DNA of 64,000 nucleotides, from assembly GCF_018350175.1 (NCBI RefSeq), contig NC_058368.1, positions 77,626,001-77,690,000 on the forward strand, given 5' to 3'. Positions within the stretch are counted from its first letter, which is position 1. Each line of letters opens with the position of its first letter. This document shows, one piece after another, positions 24,400-37,940 of this stretch. Origin of the DNA: Felis catus. Its lineage: Eukaryota. A program made the translations under genes and the position numbers. The notes below the pieces were generated by a model. The model saw only the letters and a program-made list of their open reading frames with translations. It was not told the origin of the DNA and did not search any database.

Positions 24400-24880
24400 A
24401 CAGTTGTGCTTTCAGAACTGGGTGGGAAAATGTACCTAGCATATTGCAGTCACTTGGCAAAACAAGAGAAAAGGAAAAACTAGACTGGAATTAGCAACAT
24501 GATGTGTGTTACACTTTGTGAAGGATTATTTCATGACACTATTACTCAGGATATAAACATGCATAATACACACATATATTTACACTGGGCCCGCTGTAAA
24601 GTGGACTTCCTCCAGTGGTCAATGGTTAAAATGTTTGACATTTTTTTTAATGTTTATTTATTTTTGAGACAGTGAGAGACAGAGCATGTGCAGGGCAGGG
24701 GCAGAGAGAGAGGGAGACAGAATCTGAAGCAGGTTCCAGGCTCTGAGCTGTCAGCACAGAACCCGACGCGGGGCTCCAACTCATCAACTACGAGATCATG
24801 ACCTGAGCTGAAGTCAGATGGTCAACTGACTGAGCCACCCAGGCGCCCCACAATGGTCAAAATATTTGAAAGATGCTGCC
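24400..24880. mobile_element. hAT-Charlie-type MER fossil inside L2, split by a SINE
   Basis: cagttgtgctttcagaactgg...tacactgggcccgctgtaaa...atggtcaaaatatttgaaagatgctg. Confidence 0.45.
24641..24849 (-). mobile_element. CAN-SINE
   Basis: TSD caatggttaaaatgtttga/caatggtcaaaatatttga. Confidence 0.95.
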
Positions 24881-26197
24881 CTGCAGTCTGTTACGTACAG
24901 AGCGGCCGGAGAAATCCTTGTATAATGCAACCATGAATACTCCACCATCCCGTTCAACTCTCCACGGCTTCCACCTCTGTAATCTAGAACCCGTGTCCTG
25001 GTGCACAAGGCCAGCACGATCGGGGCCCCCAGCCCTCTCTCCCACCTCACCACTGACACCATGGTCATCCTGCTCCAGGCACACCAACTGCCTGATGTTC
25101 TTGGAACGTGTTGAGCACTCCCCTGCCTTTTCACACTTGTTCTTTCTCTTCCTGCGATGATGTTCTCTCCACATACCTTCATCACTAGTCCTATAATATC
25201 AGAGCGGTCTCTCCTGTCCTGTTACCTAAGTAACAGCTTGCTCCCAACCTTGTCACTCTTTATCCTTTCGGACTTTTTTTCCTTCACATTCATATCAATA
25301 CCAGATAGTATGCTATTCATTTGTTTATCTTATGTCACCACCCACTAGGATGTCAACCATTTGAGAACAGGAATTTTGTGTGTTTTATTCACCGTTGTGC
25401 GCCAGTGTCTAGAACAGAACATGTTCTTGGCACGTAATGAGAGGTCAATCGATATTTATGGAATGGATGGCTACATTTCAGTTCAGCCCTATGCGACTGC
25501 GAAACCTGAACTCTGAACTTATGTCAGCTTTTCCATGCATTAGGAAGATTGGACACAAATTGAAATTGGTTAAAAAAAATGACAAGAAGCAATTTATGAT
25601 TAAATGTGAAAAGTTGAATCGGAAGTTCAAGGAACGCTACAGGAAGCGGACATATTCGGTGTTGTTTTCATAAAGAGAAAGGAATTGAAGTAAACCCTAA
25701 GTGATGCGAAGGCCAAGACAGGCAGAGATCACAGCCTTCGGGGAGAAGGTAATGATACAAATGTAATGATTACCATTTCTAATTTGGCAGCCAAGACAAT
25801 ATTCAAAGAGTCTCATTTTTGAGGACATACTTTCAGCATTAGAATTGCCACATATGCAGATTTCCTGTTGTTATTTTCTGATTTGCACTATGGGAACTCT
25901 ACTTCCCCAAAGTATAGGAGTGAAAATGGAAAAGCAAATATGAATACCATCTACTAAAAGAACCAACTGACAAAAATGATCCATATGGAGAATGAAACAT
26001 GGGTCTGGGAAGATACTGGCTCCGCCTACGAGCTCCGGGCGCTCGTTTCTGAGGGCCTGGCCCTTATGAACTGGAAAAGTTGCATTTAGAAAGGCTCAAG
26101 GAATCAAAGACACACACACTAATAACAATGAAAGCTCTTAAAACACTTGAAAGTTTTTCTAGGTACCGACTGGGAGACAGATTCTAAATGTCTCCGA

Positions 26198-26292
26198 GAA
26201 AAAAGCAAACAGACAAAACAACAACAACAACAATAAAACAAAACAAAAAACAAAAAAAACAAACAAAAAAAACCCCGACACACAAAACAAAC
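26198..26292. repeat. A-rich (CAA/CAAAA)n low-complexity tract
   Basis: Visible directly. Confidence 0.85.
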
Positions 26293-29200
26293 GGTAAACC
26301 AGACTCTATATGGCACTTAGATGCAGCCAACCTAGATTTTGTGCCAATCGGTTTCAGAACATTTACCTCAGCTGTGCCCCATATTTTTATTCAAAATTAT
26401 AAAAGGGGGTGGGTGGTGGTGTAAAAGACACAGGGCAAATCATGGCAATTCTGCACCTATTCCGAAAAACGTCTACACACAGCTCCAACTTCCAACTCTA
26501 TTGAAGACATTTGTTCTGGAAGAGACTTGAAGGCTCAGCCCAAAGATGCTCCCCAGTCATCAGATTGCCAATAATAGGAAGACTTGTAGGTGGGAGGTGG
26601 GAGGTGGGATGGCAAATTGAGAGTCAAAACTACCAACAGAAATGCTTGAAATGAGGCATCCAATTTGTTTAGGCTGTGTTTTAGAATGTGAAATATATTT
26701 CCTTTCACAGCAAAGTTACGTTGTTGGGAAGTTACCTGAACAATGGTAAGAAGGCGAAACTCAAGGAAATGTAGGGAGATAGTGGGTTTCCCCACATCAG
26801 GCACATTTCTCCTGGGAATGGTGTATTGCGATCTTGCTTGCAGGCTGAAGGTGAAGTATAACATCTGAAGTAGACTTGAAATCATGGATTTTCTCCCCAC
26901 TCCGACCTTCAGGTGTTCAAGTCCTCCTGCAGACCATACTCTGAGAATAGGGAGGGGAAACAGGCCATGGTGTGCCCTCCCTCACTGTGAAGAAGGCACA
27001 TATTGGACAAGTGATCACAAGATGATGCCAGTCACCAAGAAGAGAAGAATATTAGGGACTCAAAGGACAGGAAGACTAGCTATACTTACTGAGCGCCCCC
27101 CGACCCTGCACCCATGACTGCCTTAAGCACTCACTGCTGCATTGACATGGGGTGCGCATGAGGGTAACTTCCCAGAAGTCACTTTTAAAGAGTGAGAATA
27201 CCCAGCCAGGTGAATGGGACTAAGAAGAAGGGACCACTGCAGGCCAAAGGACGGCCTGGGAAAATTCCAGAAAGAAAACAAGAGGGCCAGCAGGAAGTTC
27301 CTTGGGAACATCTCTGCAGATTCAGGGCTGGGGGAGTAGTGGCATGGAGAAGGGAGAAGCTGGAGTTGGGGCCAGCAAGGCTGGCAGAGGGCTACCTCTC
27401 TCTACTGTCTCAGCCTAAGAACAACAGGAAGCCACGGACACAATCTGATTCGCGCTTTTAAAAAACCCGACAATCCACGAACTATTAGAATCTGCCCAAT
27501 TCACGGTGTCACGGCTAAATGAACTGGGACTCCAAGTGACAGAGACAGAAACACCGGAAGGTCCAGATTTCCACACACAGAAATGAGTTTCCCAGATGAA
27601 CCTCGGTCTTCTCTGTCACAACAGCAACAAGAATGGCTCACACTGATTGAAGATTTATTTATTTCAAGCTCCATGGTAAACACGTCCCCCAAACCGCCCC
27701 ATGTAACCGTTAGCATAATGCTATGGCTAGGTTGCTTTTGTTGTTTTCCTTGAGGGCACAAAAACTTGAGTATTGGTGATATTTTTCAAAAGCTTGCCCC
27801 CGTTGAAAAAATATTAAAAATGATCATCCTGATCTGGTATGCGTTACATCTGCTGCCTGGGAGGCGGCCATGACTTTGATCCTTCCGTATTAGTGGAATA
27901 CTGACTTATTGCTGACATCACAGTGTTATTACTGGGCTCACAGACTGCTAGCTATACTATTGTCTCCGGCACTGTGTATTTCCAGAAAGGACAGTCGTAG
28001 GGTACTGTTTGCTCTGTTTATGTCCCCTGCAGCAAGGCACGATGGCTGAGTTCATACTGCATTTATTGTGTTTTGGATGTCACTGTCACATAATGTGATG
28101 CCTGCAACATAGCGTAAGATAATCGCTCAGTCAGATGTTGCTTCGAGAATATTTACTAAACTGTAATATCGAGAAAATGCAGATTTACCCATTAACACAT
28201 TAACCAAGGCAGTACAGCACCCTGTTAGGGCTCCTGTTGTACCACAAGAGAGCATCTGGCCTGATAAAGTCGTCTCAAAGAGGAAGAAATGGATTTTACG
28301 CTATTTGAACTTGTGGAATCTTCACGTGTAAGAGGAAAAGAAAGACGCTTGCTTTTGCAAGCGTGCATGGCGTCTAACAAAGTGGAGGGCACTGCTTTGT
28401 TTTCCAGCAAAAGCACCCATGTTTCTCATTTGGGAAATATTATGAGAAGAATTTCCCATTGTGTGTGATCTATAAAGGCCATGTGAGATTTTTAAAAACT
28501 TAACCTGGATTTGTTGAATACATTACTAGTAGTCTTGACAAAGGGAGAAATATCTTTTCTAGAACAAGCCAGAAGAAAACATAAAGAAGAGAATAACCCC
28601 ATTTCTATCTGTCAAAGTGAAAAGAAGCCTTTGGCTTTTATGGGAAACATTTAACACTTATTATTGTAATTCAATTCACGCTTATGTATTAGTATCATAT
28701 TTTAGCGAATGGCTCTCAATAAATAAAGCGGAAAAGAATAACTAGTTACCACATAATTCTGCATGCATGTTATTTGCAATGATAAAAAGGTTAAATGATA
28801 ATAGTCTTAAGTGGTGTTTTGAGCACAAGAAACACAACTTCTATGTGTAAGTCTCGTCCATTAAGAAGGCCTATTTGCATATTACAGGCAGATGATAAGA
28901 GGAAAATGGCAAAAGCAAACTCATCAGCTTCCTGAAATCATCCCTGTACAATTTTTTAGAGTACATTTGTTTAAAAAATAGGAATGCTTTAATTGATTTA
29001 GTGAATCAATGATTTAATTGAATTGCGGATGCTAGTTAATTGACGGAAAGTCAGAGGATAGGTCAACAACTAAGGTAGTGAATATCCCATGTTAACTGAT
29101 CATTTATTTTTCTCCCTTTGTGACTCAACTCTGTGTACTCCACTATGTTTTCTACTTTGAGATTTTTTTCTTCACATTGATCAATATTAGGAATATATGC

Positions 29201-29645
29201 TAAGAACAGAAGGACTGTCACATATATTACAGAAACTTTTTTCTCAGGTTCTCATTCAACTTTCATTCATTTAAATGGTAATTTTGTTAGACAGGTGTAT
29301 TTGTACTATTTCGTTTTAGAATTTTTATGTAATCAAAATTACATGTTAAAATAATTTCCTGTAATAATCATTTGCTTTAAAAAGTCTTCCCTTACTGAAA
29401 GTTACTTTTAAGCACCCTATATGCATATTTATTGTACTTGTATGATATCACTTTTCAATATTTAAATATGAATATTAACTTGGTAGAAAGTATGAAGGTT
29501 TTCTTCCTTCTATCCTTCCTTCATTCCTTTTTCTCTCCCTCTTTCTTTCTTTGAATTTTTATTTCAAATGGCTACCAGACCATCCCGGCTGCATATATTA
29601 AATATTTCTTTCTTTCGAATGTCATTCTTTCTTTCAAATTTCATT

Positions 29646-29647
29646 TA

Positions 29648-29708
<61 letters not shown>

Positions 29709-29818
29709 ATGTGTGTGTGTGTGTGTATCACACACATACACACACACACATATATATATATACACACACACACATATATATACCATATACATATACCATA
29801 TATACCGTATATATATAT
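29646..29818. repeat. Compound (TG)/(TA)/(CA) microsatellite
   Basis: Visible directly. Confidence 0.97.
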
Positions 29819-29898
29819 GGTTGTTTTTATGGGGTCTCTATTCTGTCTCCCGACCTGCTGCTCATTCTGTGCTAACCCCACTGTCACTCTACACTACT

Positions 29899-30221
29899 TG
29901 CCAAAGACATCATGGCCAAAGCCAACACACTCAAGGGTAAATCTGTTTAAGGACTGATTCATTCAGTTGACCAATGCACCAAACTTCGCTTCTTGGAGGG
30001 GGTCTGAGTAGGGCTCTGTGGAACCAGACTCAGGGGTCTGCATCTGCAGAAGGGTCTCCTCATCCTTCCTTCTTAGACTGATCCCCTCTCCACTCCGCAG
30101 TCTCCCCACTTTCTGGTTTAATGCCCATTCAATAAGAGAAGTGCTTTCTTTCTCTCCTACTTTGGTGGAGAGGTTTTCTGGGCTGGGAGATGCTTTTGTT
30201 TTTAATTCCATTTCCCCAACA
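29899..30221 (+). mobile_element. Probable ERV solo LTR
   Basis: Begins TG (tgccaaagac), ends CA (tttccccaaca), poly(A)-signal-like caataag near the 3' end; GC-richer than the L1 host. Confidence 0.5.
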
Positions 30222-30802
30222 AATGTCAGTGAACAAGTTCCTTCCTCAAATCTTACTTGTGTGCCCATTTGCTCAGGTTTATTCCTCCATACACAACTCA
30301 GAATTTGTTTCCAGAGTTGAAAACAAAAGGGGTTTGTAGGATTTAGACTGAGCTTAAGTTTAGTGTATATATTAGATTTAATATTAATCAATGCTTTGTA
30401 ACACTGAGATTCCCATCAGGAAATAATGTTTCTGCATATATTATTTTCTTTTGTTTGGTCCAATAGTTATACAGCATTCCTTTTATAGATTCTGGATATT
30501 CCTTGTTAAATGTCTATTTATGTGGTTTATGAGTAACTGTTGTCATTTTAGAATTAAATTTGGAGGCCATTTTTCTTCCATTATATTCAGTAATATATAT
30601 ATGTGTGTGTATATAATGTAGTCTGTCTTCTCACTGACCTCTCTATTGTTTTCAGTCAGATTTTCATTAAATTACTTTGCATTTTCAGGGATAAAAATCA
30701 CATCATCCCTAAACAATAATATTTTTTCTTCTTTCCAATTAAAAAGAATGGTCCCAAATCTGATCAAATGCATTGCTCCCAGTACACTGTTTTTATTTAT
30801 TT

Positions 30803-31027
30803 ATTTATTTTTAAAATTTTTTTTCAACATTTATTTATTTTTGGGACAGAGAGAGACAGAGCATGAACGGGGGAGGGGCAGAGAGAGAGGGAGACACAGA
30901 ATCGGAAACAGGCTCCAGGCTCTGAGCCATCAGCCCAGAGCCTGACGCGGGGCTCGAACTCCCGGACCGCGAGATCGTGACCTGGCTGAAGTCGGACGCT
31001 TAACCGACTGCGCCACCCAGGCGCCCC
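30803..31027 (-). mobile_element. CAN-SINE, young SINEC_Fc-type
   Basis: Nearly identical (reverse complement) to 265-485; TSD tgtttttatttattt. Confidence 0.97.
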
Positions 31028-31189
31028 TGTTTTTATTTATTTTTTAACATACAGATTATTCACTTAAATCTTACTTCTCAATCTTGACTACAAATGTTTC
31101 TGTAAAATCATGTTTATAAATACGTGTTTTTTTTTTTTAGAGGGGGACACTTCCCAAAGGTGGAAATCATAAATAATCAGGCTATTAAA

Positions 31190-31377
31190 TTTTTTTAATG
31201 TTTATTTGTTTTTGAGGGAGGGGAGGGGCAGAGAGCAAGGGAGACAGAATCCGAAGCAGGCTCTAGGCTCTGAGTTGTCTGCACAGAGCCTGACACGGGG
31301 CTCAAACCCACCAGCCATGAGATCATGACCTGAGCCAAAGTCGGAGGCTTAACCGACTGACCCACCCAGGTGTCCCC
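31190..31377 (-). mobile_element. CAN-SINE
   Basis: Perfect TSD ataatcaggctattaaa (31173-31189, 31378-31394). Confidence 0.96.
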
Positions 31378-31899
31378 ATAATCAGGCTATTAAAATAATA
31401 TTTTAAAAATAGACTTACTCTAAAACTTTCTTTTGACTAACAGCTCGAGATGATTTTACCCTTGCTCAACATCTCAGAAGCAAGTGTTTCATAACTTTAA
31501 CATACACAAAGATAAAATTGTCATTGCGAGATAAAAATTCAAGTAATGAGTTACAATGTTTAACTGTAAATAAAACCTATATGAGAAGAATAACAGTCTA
31601 GCAATATTTGATTCTCAATACAAAGAATGTAACAACTTAGTTCTTTAAACTTAATTTTGCAAACTTATTTTTAAAACCTGTCACAGATTGATGAACTGAG
31701 ACACACAAAGTTAACTGATTTAATTACAATTTGTACACAGGAAATGTATCTATGAAATTCTCTCTGCCATGTACAGATCCTGTCTTCATAAACAGCAGGT
31801 GTTAACTTTTTGTTTTTCTTTTATTATAAGGGTGAGTGACCAGTGAGTTAAAACAGTAAAAAGATTAATGAAAGAATATATGAACTCCAAGATGGTAAG

Positions 31900-31960
31900 T
31901 TTTTAAAAAGTTTTTATTAATTTTGAAAGAGAGAGAGAATGCAAGCAGGGGAGGGGCAGG

Positions 31961-32010
<50 letters not shown>

Positions 32011-32135
32011 CCCAAGTGGGCCCCATACTGCCAACACAGAGCCCAACGCGGGGCTTGAACCCATGAACCATGAGATCATGACCTGAGTTGATATCAAGAG
32101 TCAGACCCTTAACCGACTGAGCCACCCAGGTGCCC
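31900..32135 (-). mobile_element. CAN-SINE with a long (GA)n
   Basis: Reverse-complement head gagccacccaggtgccc. Confidence 0.95.
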
Positions 32136-33359
32136 TGGAGATGCTAAAATTGCATTGCATTTTATGTCCTTTCCCAAGTGCCCAACATCCTAAGGCAAAA
32201 AAAAAAAAAATGAGGTCCAAAATGAGAGATTCTTTTTCTGTGCAAAACAAAGTCTCCTCTGCTTGGAAACAACAGTACGTACTGTACTACCTAGATTGAG
32301 ACAGATTTAGGATTAGCAGTGGGCGAAAACTGGCAAGTTTTCCTTCCCATGAATCTTACTGACAACAGAGCAGATTTCATCATTCTGGAAAAAAAAAAAA
32401 GCCCCAAACTTCCCAGATCAATAGAAAACTAATATATTTACGACATTTCACCCAAATTAATTACAGTTGCCACAAAAGGACTTCACTACGAATACGTGGA
32501 AAATTAAACTGTATGATCGCATCATGCAGCTTCACAGCCTACCTTCTCTCTCGCTGCAATTGCAGCCACGTTAGGGCATTCCATTCTGCATTTTACTTTC
32601 CATCTAAAATCATCTATAATGTATTTTGAGAGACATACCCATAGTATACGTTCCAATACTCACTGACACCTCCGTAGGCTTTCCAGTCCCTAACTACAAC
32701 ATTGAGAGATCCTACCTCGACAATTAGCTCCAGCGTGGGCCACATGGATAATCTGACATCTAAGACCTGAAGTTACAGCTGCCTTCCCAGGCTTGGCAAA
32801 TACTTTCCACTGACCTCTTCCTGGACTCTCCCCTTCTTCATGCCAGTCTTTACATATTTATTTGTACTTCTCATGCTTCCATTGTCCTGTCTCCATCTGA
32901 CTTTGTCAACATAGCCTTGAAGGAAGAAATCAGCTCTCACTTCCTGCCTAGGAAAACCTGTTTTTGAGCTGTCTTGCCTCCCTAGGACTGGGGTTCCCAT
33001 CATACTGGTGTTCATGGCCACAGTTTGCTTCCAACATTCACTCGGCCAGTGTGGGGTGGGGATCTTTCCTCTCATCTCTGATGCCTTCCATGACAGCTAC
33101 CTTATTCACTCAACTTTGCACAACAGGCCTGCGACACAATGCTTCGTTTGATTTGACTCTTTTTAAACCAGCGTTCCTTCTCTCAATCATCCTTCTTACT
33201 AGTGTAGAATTTATTTCCTGGGACCGGCTGGAAGACCTTCGGAACAACCTTCCCACGATCTACTCAAAGTCATCCTGTGTTGGACCCCTAGCCATTGCCT
33301 GTGTTCCTAAACCCAGGCAAATTCTAATTTCCCAGAATGAGTTCTTTTCCTGTCTATCA

Positions 33360-33627
33360 GGTATTCATTCCATTTGCATGGAATATCTTTCCCCATCCCT
33401 TCCCTTTCAGTCTGTATGTGTCTTTTTTTTGTCGGAGTGTAATTAACAGGCAGTGTTCTATTAGCTTTAGGTGTACAACAAATTGATTTGACAACTCTAC
33501 ACATTACTCGATGCTAACCACGATAAGTGTAGTCACCATCTGTCACCGTACAACTTTATTACAATATTATTGACTATATTCCCCATGCTGTACATTTCAT
33601 TTCTGTGACTTATTTATTTTATATAGC
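33360..33627 (-). mobile_element. L1 fragments (short ORF2 piece plus carnivore-type L1 3' end)
   Basis: ccatttgcatggaatatcttt...cagtctgtatgtgtc; T-run then taggtgtacaac...aagtgtagtcaccatctgtcacc...gactatattccccatgctgtac. Confidence 0.8.
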
Positions 33628-33639
33628 TTACAAAAAGAC

Positions 33640-33945
33640 TGAAGCTGGTGGCTTGGGTTCTCTCTCTCTTAGATCACTTACTACTGGGGAAAATTAGGAG
33701 GGAGCTCTATGTTAAGGTCCTTGTAGGCTGGAAAGCGCATCTTTTCCTGGCGGAACTTTGCAATGACTACCGTCCAGGAAGCATCACAAACCCACAATGG
33801 CTGCTGCTAGGGAGACCCTGAGCTGGAACCACTCAGCAAAGCTGTTCCTGGATTCCTGACCCATACAAACTGCGAGCTGATACCTGCTTGTTTGTCTCAG
33901 TGGTTAAGTTTTGGGGTAATTCGTATGCAGCAAGAGATAACACAC
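33640..33945 (+). mobile_element. MaLR LTR 3' part (MLT1F/G-like)
   Basis: gagaccctgagctggaaccactcagc...gattcctgaccca...aagttttggggtaatt...tatgcagcaagagataac. Confidence 0.75.
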
Positions 33946-36900
33946 AATCTAGTTCTCAAACACATACACGCAATACCATGAAACAAAGTTCATTTATACA
34001 TACGCTAAAAATGAAACATACGTAATCTAGTATCAGAATTTGTAACTTTTCCTCAGAGAACTTTCAGACAGACACCAAATTTTACCTCCTATTGTCTTAC
34101 AAGGAGAAGGAAAGTGGATAGTAAGAGCGGTACTTTGGACCAAGTAGAGCATATGACATCAGAAGTCTACTCAAACCTAATAAATAAATAATATGATAGC
34201 ATCAATAGAATTTCTTGCCTTTTGGAGCTAAGGTTAATTGGCCCCACAGACTGAAGATCCATTGAACTGCATATGTTCTGAGCAGATTTTTTTTTTCTTC
34301 ATAGGAGTTTTATGGGTCTTTCTAATTTTGGTTTTGTAGAATTGTATAGGATTGGTTTAGAAGTAAATCTCCAATTCTAAATAATCAAATGGAAACCATT
34401 ACCACTATTTCTAAAAATGTCTAGAATTTTAAAGCTACATTTGAGAATGACAATTCTCTAACATTATATCAGCTATTGGATATATCATCTGTGCCTATTT
34501 CCAAAATCAGGCAGTTTTTCTGCATATAGGAAATGACTCATGTAATATTGCTATAAAATTAATCCTGGAATGTACGAAAAAAGAGATATAAGTTTTGTAT
34601 GAGAAAGAACAGCACTAAATACAAATGGAACTGGCTCTTGTAGGAGGCAGCATATTTTACATTCTAGAGGAGTTTCAAGCATAGATTGGGTAACCACTGG
34701 GCAAGGATACTGAGTCACAGGTGTAAGCCCCAACTGAGTCGTTCGACTCTGATATCCTTTCCAAGTTTAAAATGTACAGTTCTAATGAAATAATTAAATG
34801 GTAAAAAAAATAATTTCTTTGTTTAGCCCTTCTAAAGCCATTTCTTTCAAAGCACTTAATCAACATGATATATGAAATATTTCCTTAGTAAAAAAATAGG
34901 CAAAATTATAAAATATTGTGAAGACATCAATCACACTGGCAAGTGAAATAAGCAAATTAATCACTAAAATATTTCCTCGATTTTAGTGTTTGTAAAAATA
35001 CACTGTTTTTATTTTTATCTGAAAATCTGATGGGTCTTTAGTGACTTGTAAAGATATTTGAAAAAAAATCAAAAGCCAGTTTGCTACGGACTGTTGGGAT
35101 CACAATTTACTTACATGCTACATGTCTGGTATTCATGGGGACCAGCCTCAATTATACTTGCAAAGTTGCAAAAATTGAAAAGAAAAGTAAAGAAATGAAG
35201 TGAGTCTGAATTTATACCCTAGAAAGACATTTGGCCTCTTACTTTCTATATCCAATTGCTACTAGGACACTATAGCTATAAAATCCAATTTAGGTGTACT
35301 GCAAAGAGCATTAAAAGATGAATACTGCTTCAGACTGATACTGCTTTGCATTGCCTGTATGTTTTTATAATCAGCAAGGTAACACGATTTTTTTCCATTT
35401 TAGAAAAAAATGGAAAAAAAAAAAACAACGAATACAATCATTGAGCTGTTTTAAAGCCATGCTTGCTTTATTTAGATGGATTCCCTAATATAAATTTTTC
35501 AAAAACCGTTAACTTGACGCTGTAAATGACATAGCCCTTCTATCCTTGAGAAAAACTAATTAGTAAAGTAGTAATCATGTAGAAGGGAAAACAAAAAAAT
35601 ATAGATGTTTTATGGTTACTTTTATGATGATGCCAGATACTGTCCATGTCTAGCTGATAAAAATTAATTACGTTGAAGCTCATGCAACTGACATGAGTCC
35701 TAGAGAAGTTACAGCTGACAAATAAGGGCATAGTGACAATCACCTAAAAGAGAGGATAGCTACATGGATGGCTTTCATTTCAGAAATAATGATGTCTCTT
35801 TTGGGTTTCTAATGGAACCATTTGCCACATTAATCTGGGGAGAGCCAGCCACACATACAGGCATACATCTTCATTTCTCCATACCTTATTTATCAGAGGC
35901 TAGGGCACATTTTATAACTTCCTACTTTTTGTGTTTTTATGCATTTCTCCAGGCATGCCATTCAATACCCTCCTGATGTTGTGCCACTATTTTTATTTTA
36001 GGGCTAGCCTTAACAACTTTTACTGAACAATGTGAAGAAAAGGTCATAAAGGGAAGTTGTGATTGGTTTTCATCACCCCAATGTTTAATGCTAAAATGGC
36101 TTTAAACAAGGGAGGAAATACCCCTCTTTCTCCAAAGTATGCACCTTTCAGCAAAAGGAAACAATTTCACCTAACCTCAAGATTGGTGTTGAGATCTTAC
36201 ACAGTAGTCTCCTTTGAGCTCTGATGATTTACAATGTTCTGAAGCACAGATTTGTTCTGCACTTTCTTTGGTGCTTCCTCTACACTTTCATCCCAATTCT
36301 CATTGAAAAGAAGAATTTTAACTGCTCCAGTGTGAGTTACTTGTCAGTCAGTCATGGTTTTATATTTGTTTACTGGGGTATGTTGTGCTGTTTAGGCACA
36401 TAAAATAACTCCTTAGTAAAATGGCATTATGGCTCTGATTCAGCAAACAGTAAATTATAAACGAGAGATAAAACAAATTGTTCCAAGCAAATTTTATTTC
36501 ATTCCATAAATTTAAAAGGCCGGAAAGATAGACATGAGGGTTGTTATGCCTGTTTTGGTAGCGATGCTTCTTTAAGCGAAATTGCCCCGATAGATCTCAC
36601 ATATGCAGCGGGGTACGCTCCACGATGCTGCCTCAGGAGACCGGGACAGAGGGCTGGGGCGCGGCGTCTGTAAACTTCACCGCACGCTTGCCCTGTGGAT
36701 TGAGCAGATAGATGCTCCCCTTTTCTGCAGGCACTGGAAGAATGGGCCTGGGTGGCGTAAAAGGTCAGACCGCAGCTGGTTTTCAGCCCAATCTTCACCA
36801 AAGCCCTGACTCACACACGTCTTTGGGAAAGGCTAACTGACAATACTGGGGATTTAGAAACAGAACACCTTGAGTTATGTTTTCGGAAGGTGACCATCAA

Positions 36901-37478
36901 TGAGGCATGGGAATCTGCTGTGGTATCCTTTTCCCTAGGAAGTAGTGGTTCTCTCCATGCCATGGTTAGATTCTTACTCGTGACACATCCCATGTACTTT
37001 CTGGGTCCCTTTTTAAGGGAAGGGCCACTATTCCCATTCATCATCATGGTTGTGATCATTGTTATGAAAAACATTTATCAAATTCCTCTCTACACGTGAC
37101 TATGCCAGGCATCGTACTGAAAAATTGGACTCATTTTCCTCCCCATTAGCAGTTCACTATTCAACACTGAAAAGATTGATGTGAAACATATCCTACATTG
37201 TCTCTAAGCCTTAGGATCTCAACTGTTGTCATGTGTTTTGCCTTAGTACATGCAGGTAAGGAGGAAGAGCTTCAATAGACAAACTGCTCACCAGCCGTAC
37301 TTTATTTTCAACTAGCCAGAGAGATAGTCTATGCACCTTAGTGTCTCATGAAATAAAATGTAAAAACCACTGCATGAATATTAATAATCACATTCAGCAC
37401 ATCAGGTATATTGTTCTCCACATCTTCAAAATCCTGCCTTTTGAACATATCCTTACTGGGTTTTGATGACAGGTTGAG

Positions 37479-37940
37479 TATTATAGGCAGAGTAATGACC
37501 CCCCAAAAGGCCCACTCCCTAATCCCCAGAACCTGCAAATACGTTATCTTACATGGCAAAAAGGACTTGATAAATACATGTAGATTTGGGCTTTGGGGAC
37601 AGACAGATAATTCTCGACTATCTTGATGAACCCAGTGTAACCAAAAAGGTTCTCCACAAAAAAAATATGTAGTTGGGGGAACTGAGGTCAGAGGGATGTG
37701 ATAACTGCTTGGGGACCAAGAGTCAAGGAATTCGGGCAGCCTCTAGGGATGGGAAACAGAAGGCATACAATCTTCCAAAGAGGCTCCGGAAGCAATGCGA
37801 TCCTGTCAACATCTTGACATTGGCCTAGTGAACCTATTTTGGTCTTCTGACCTCTGGAACTGTGAGATGACAAATTTGTGTTGTTTTAGAGCCACTAAAT
37901 TAGTGCTGATTCGTTACAGCAGCTATAGGAAACTAATACA
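37479..37940 (+). mobile_element. MaLR solo LTR (MLT1D-like)
   Basis: taggcagagtaatgacccccc...ctaatccccagaacctg...ttacatggcaaaaaggac...cagctataggaaactaataca. Confidence 0.88.

Larger units (their letters stand above)
23560..25470 (+). mobile_element. Long L2 fragment with several later insertions
   Basis: ctggttttcccgtatctc...cccaaaactgaa...ctcacaccaaacatccaatcc...; 3' end tttattcaccgttgtg...tggcacgtaatgagaggtcaatcgatatttatggaatg. Confidence 0.75.
29330..30790 (-). mobile_element. Old L1 (L1M) antisense fragments interrupted by a microsatellite and an LTR
   Basis: T-rich antisense L1-like text (caaatggctaccag..., ttattcctccatac..., ttcccatcaggaaataatg...). Confidence 0.5.

Noticed and set aside
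28289..28333. Plus-strand ATG...CGT|gtaaga (MDFTLFELVESSR) as a possible first coding exon
   Set aside because: No convincing downstream plus-strand exon chain found; peptide not recognised
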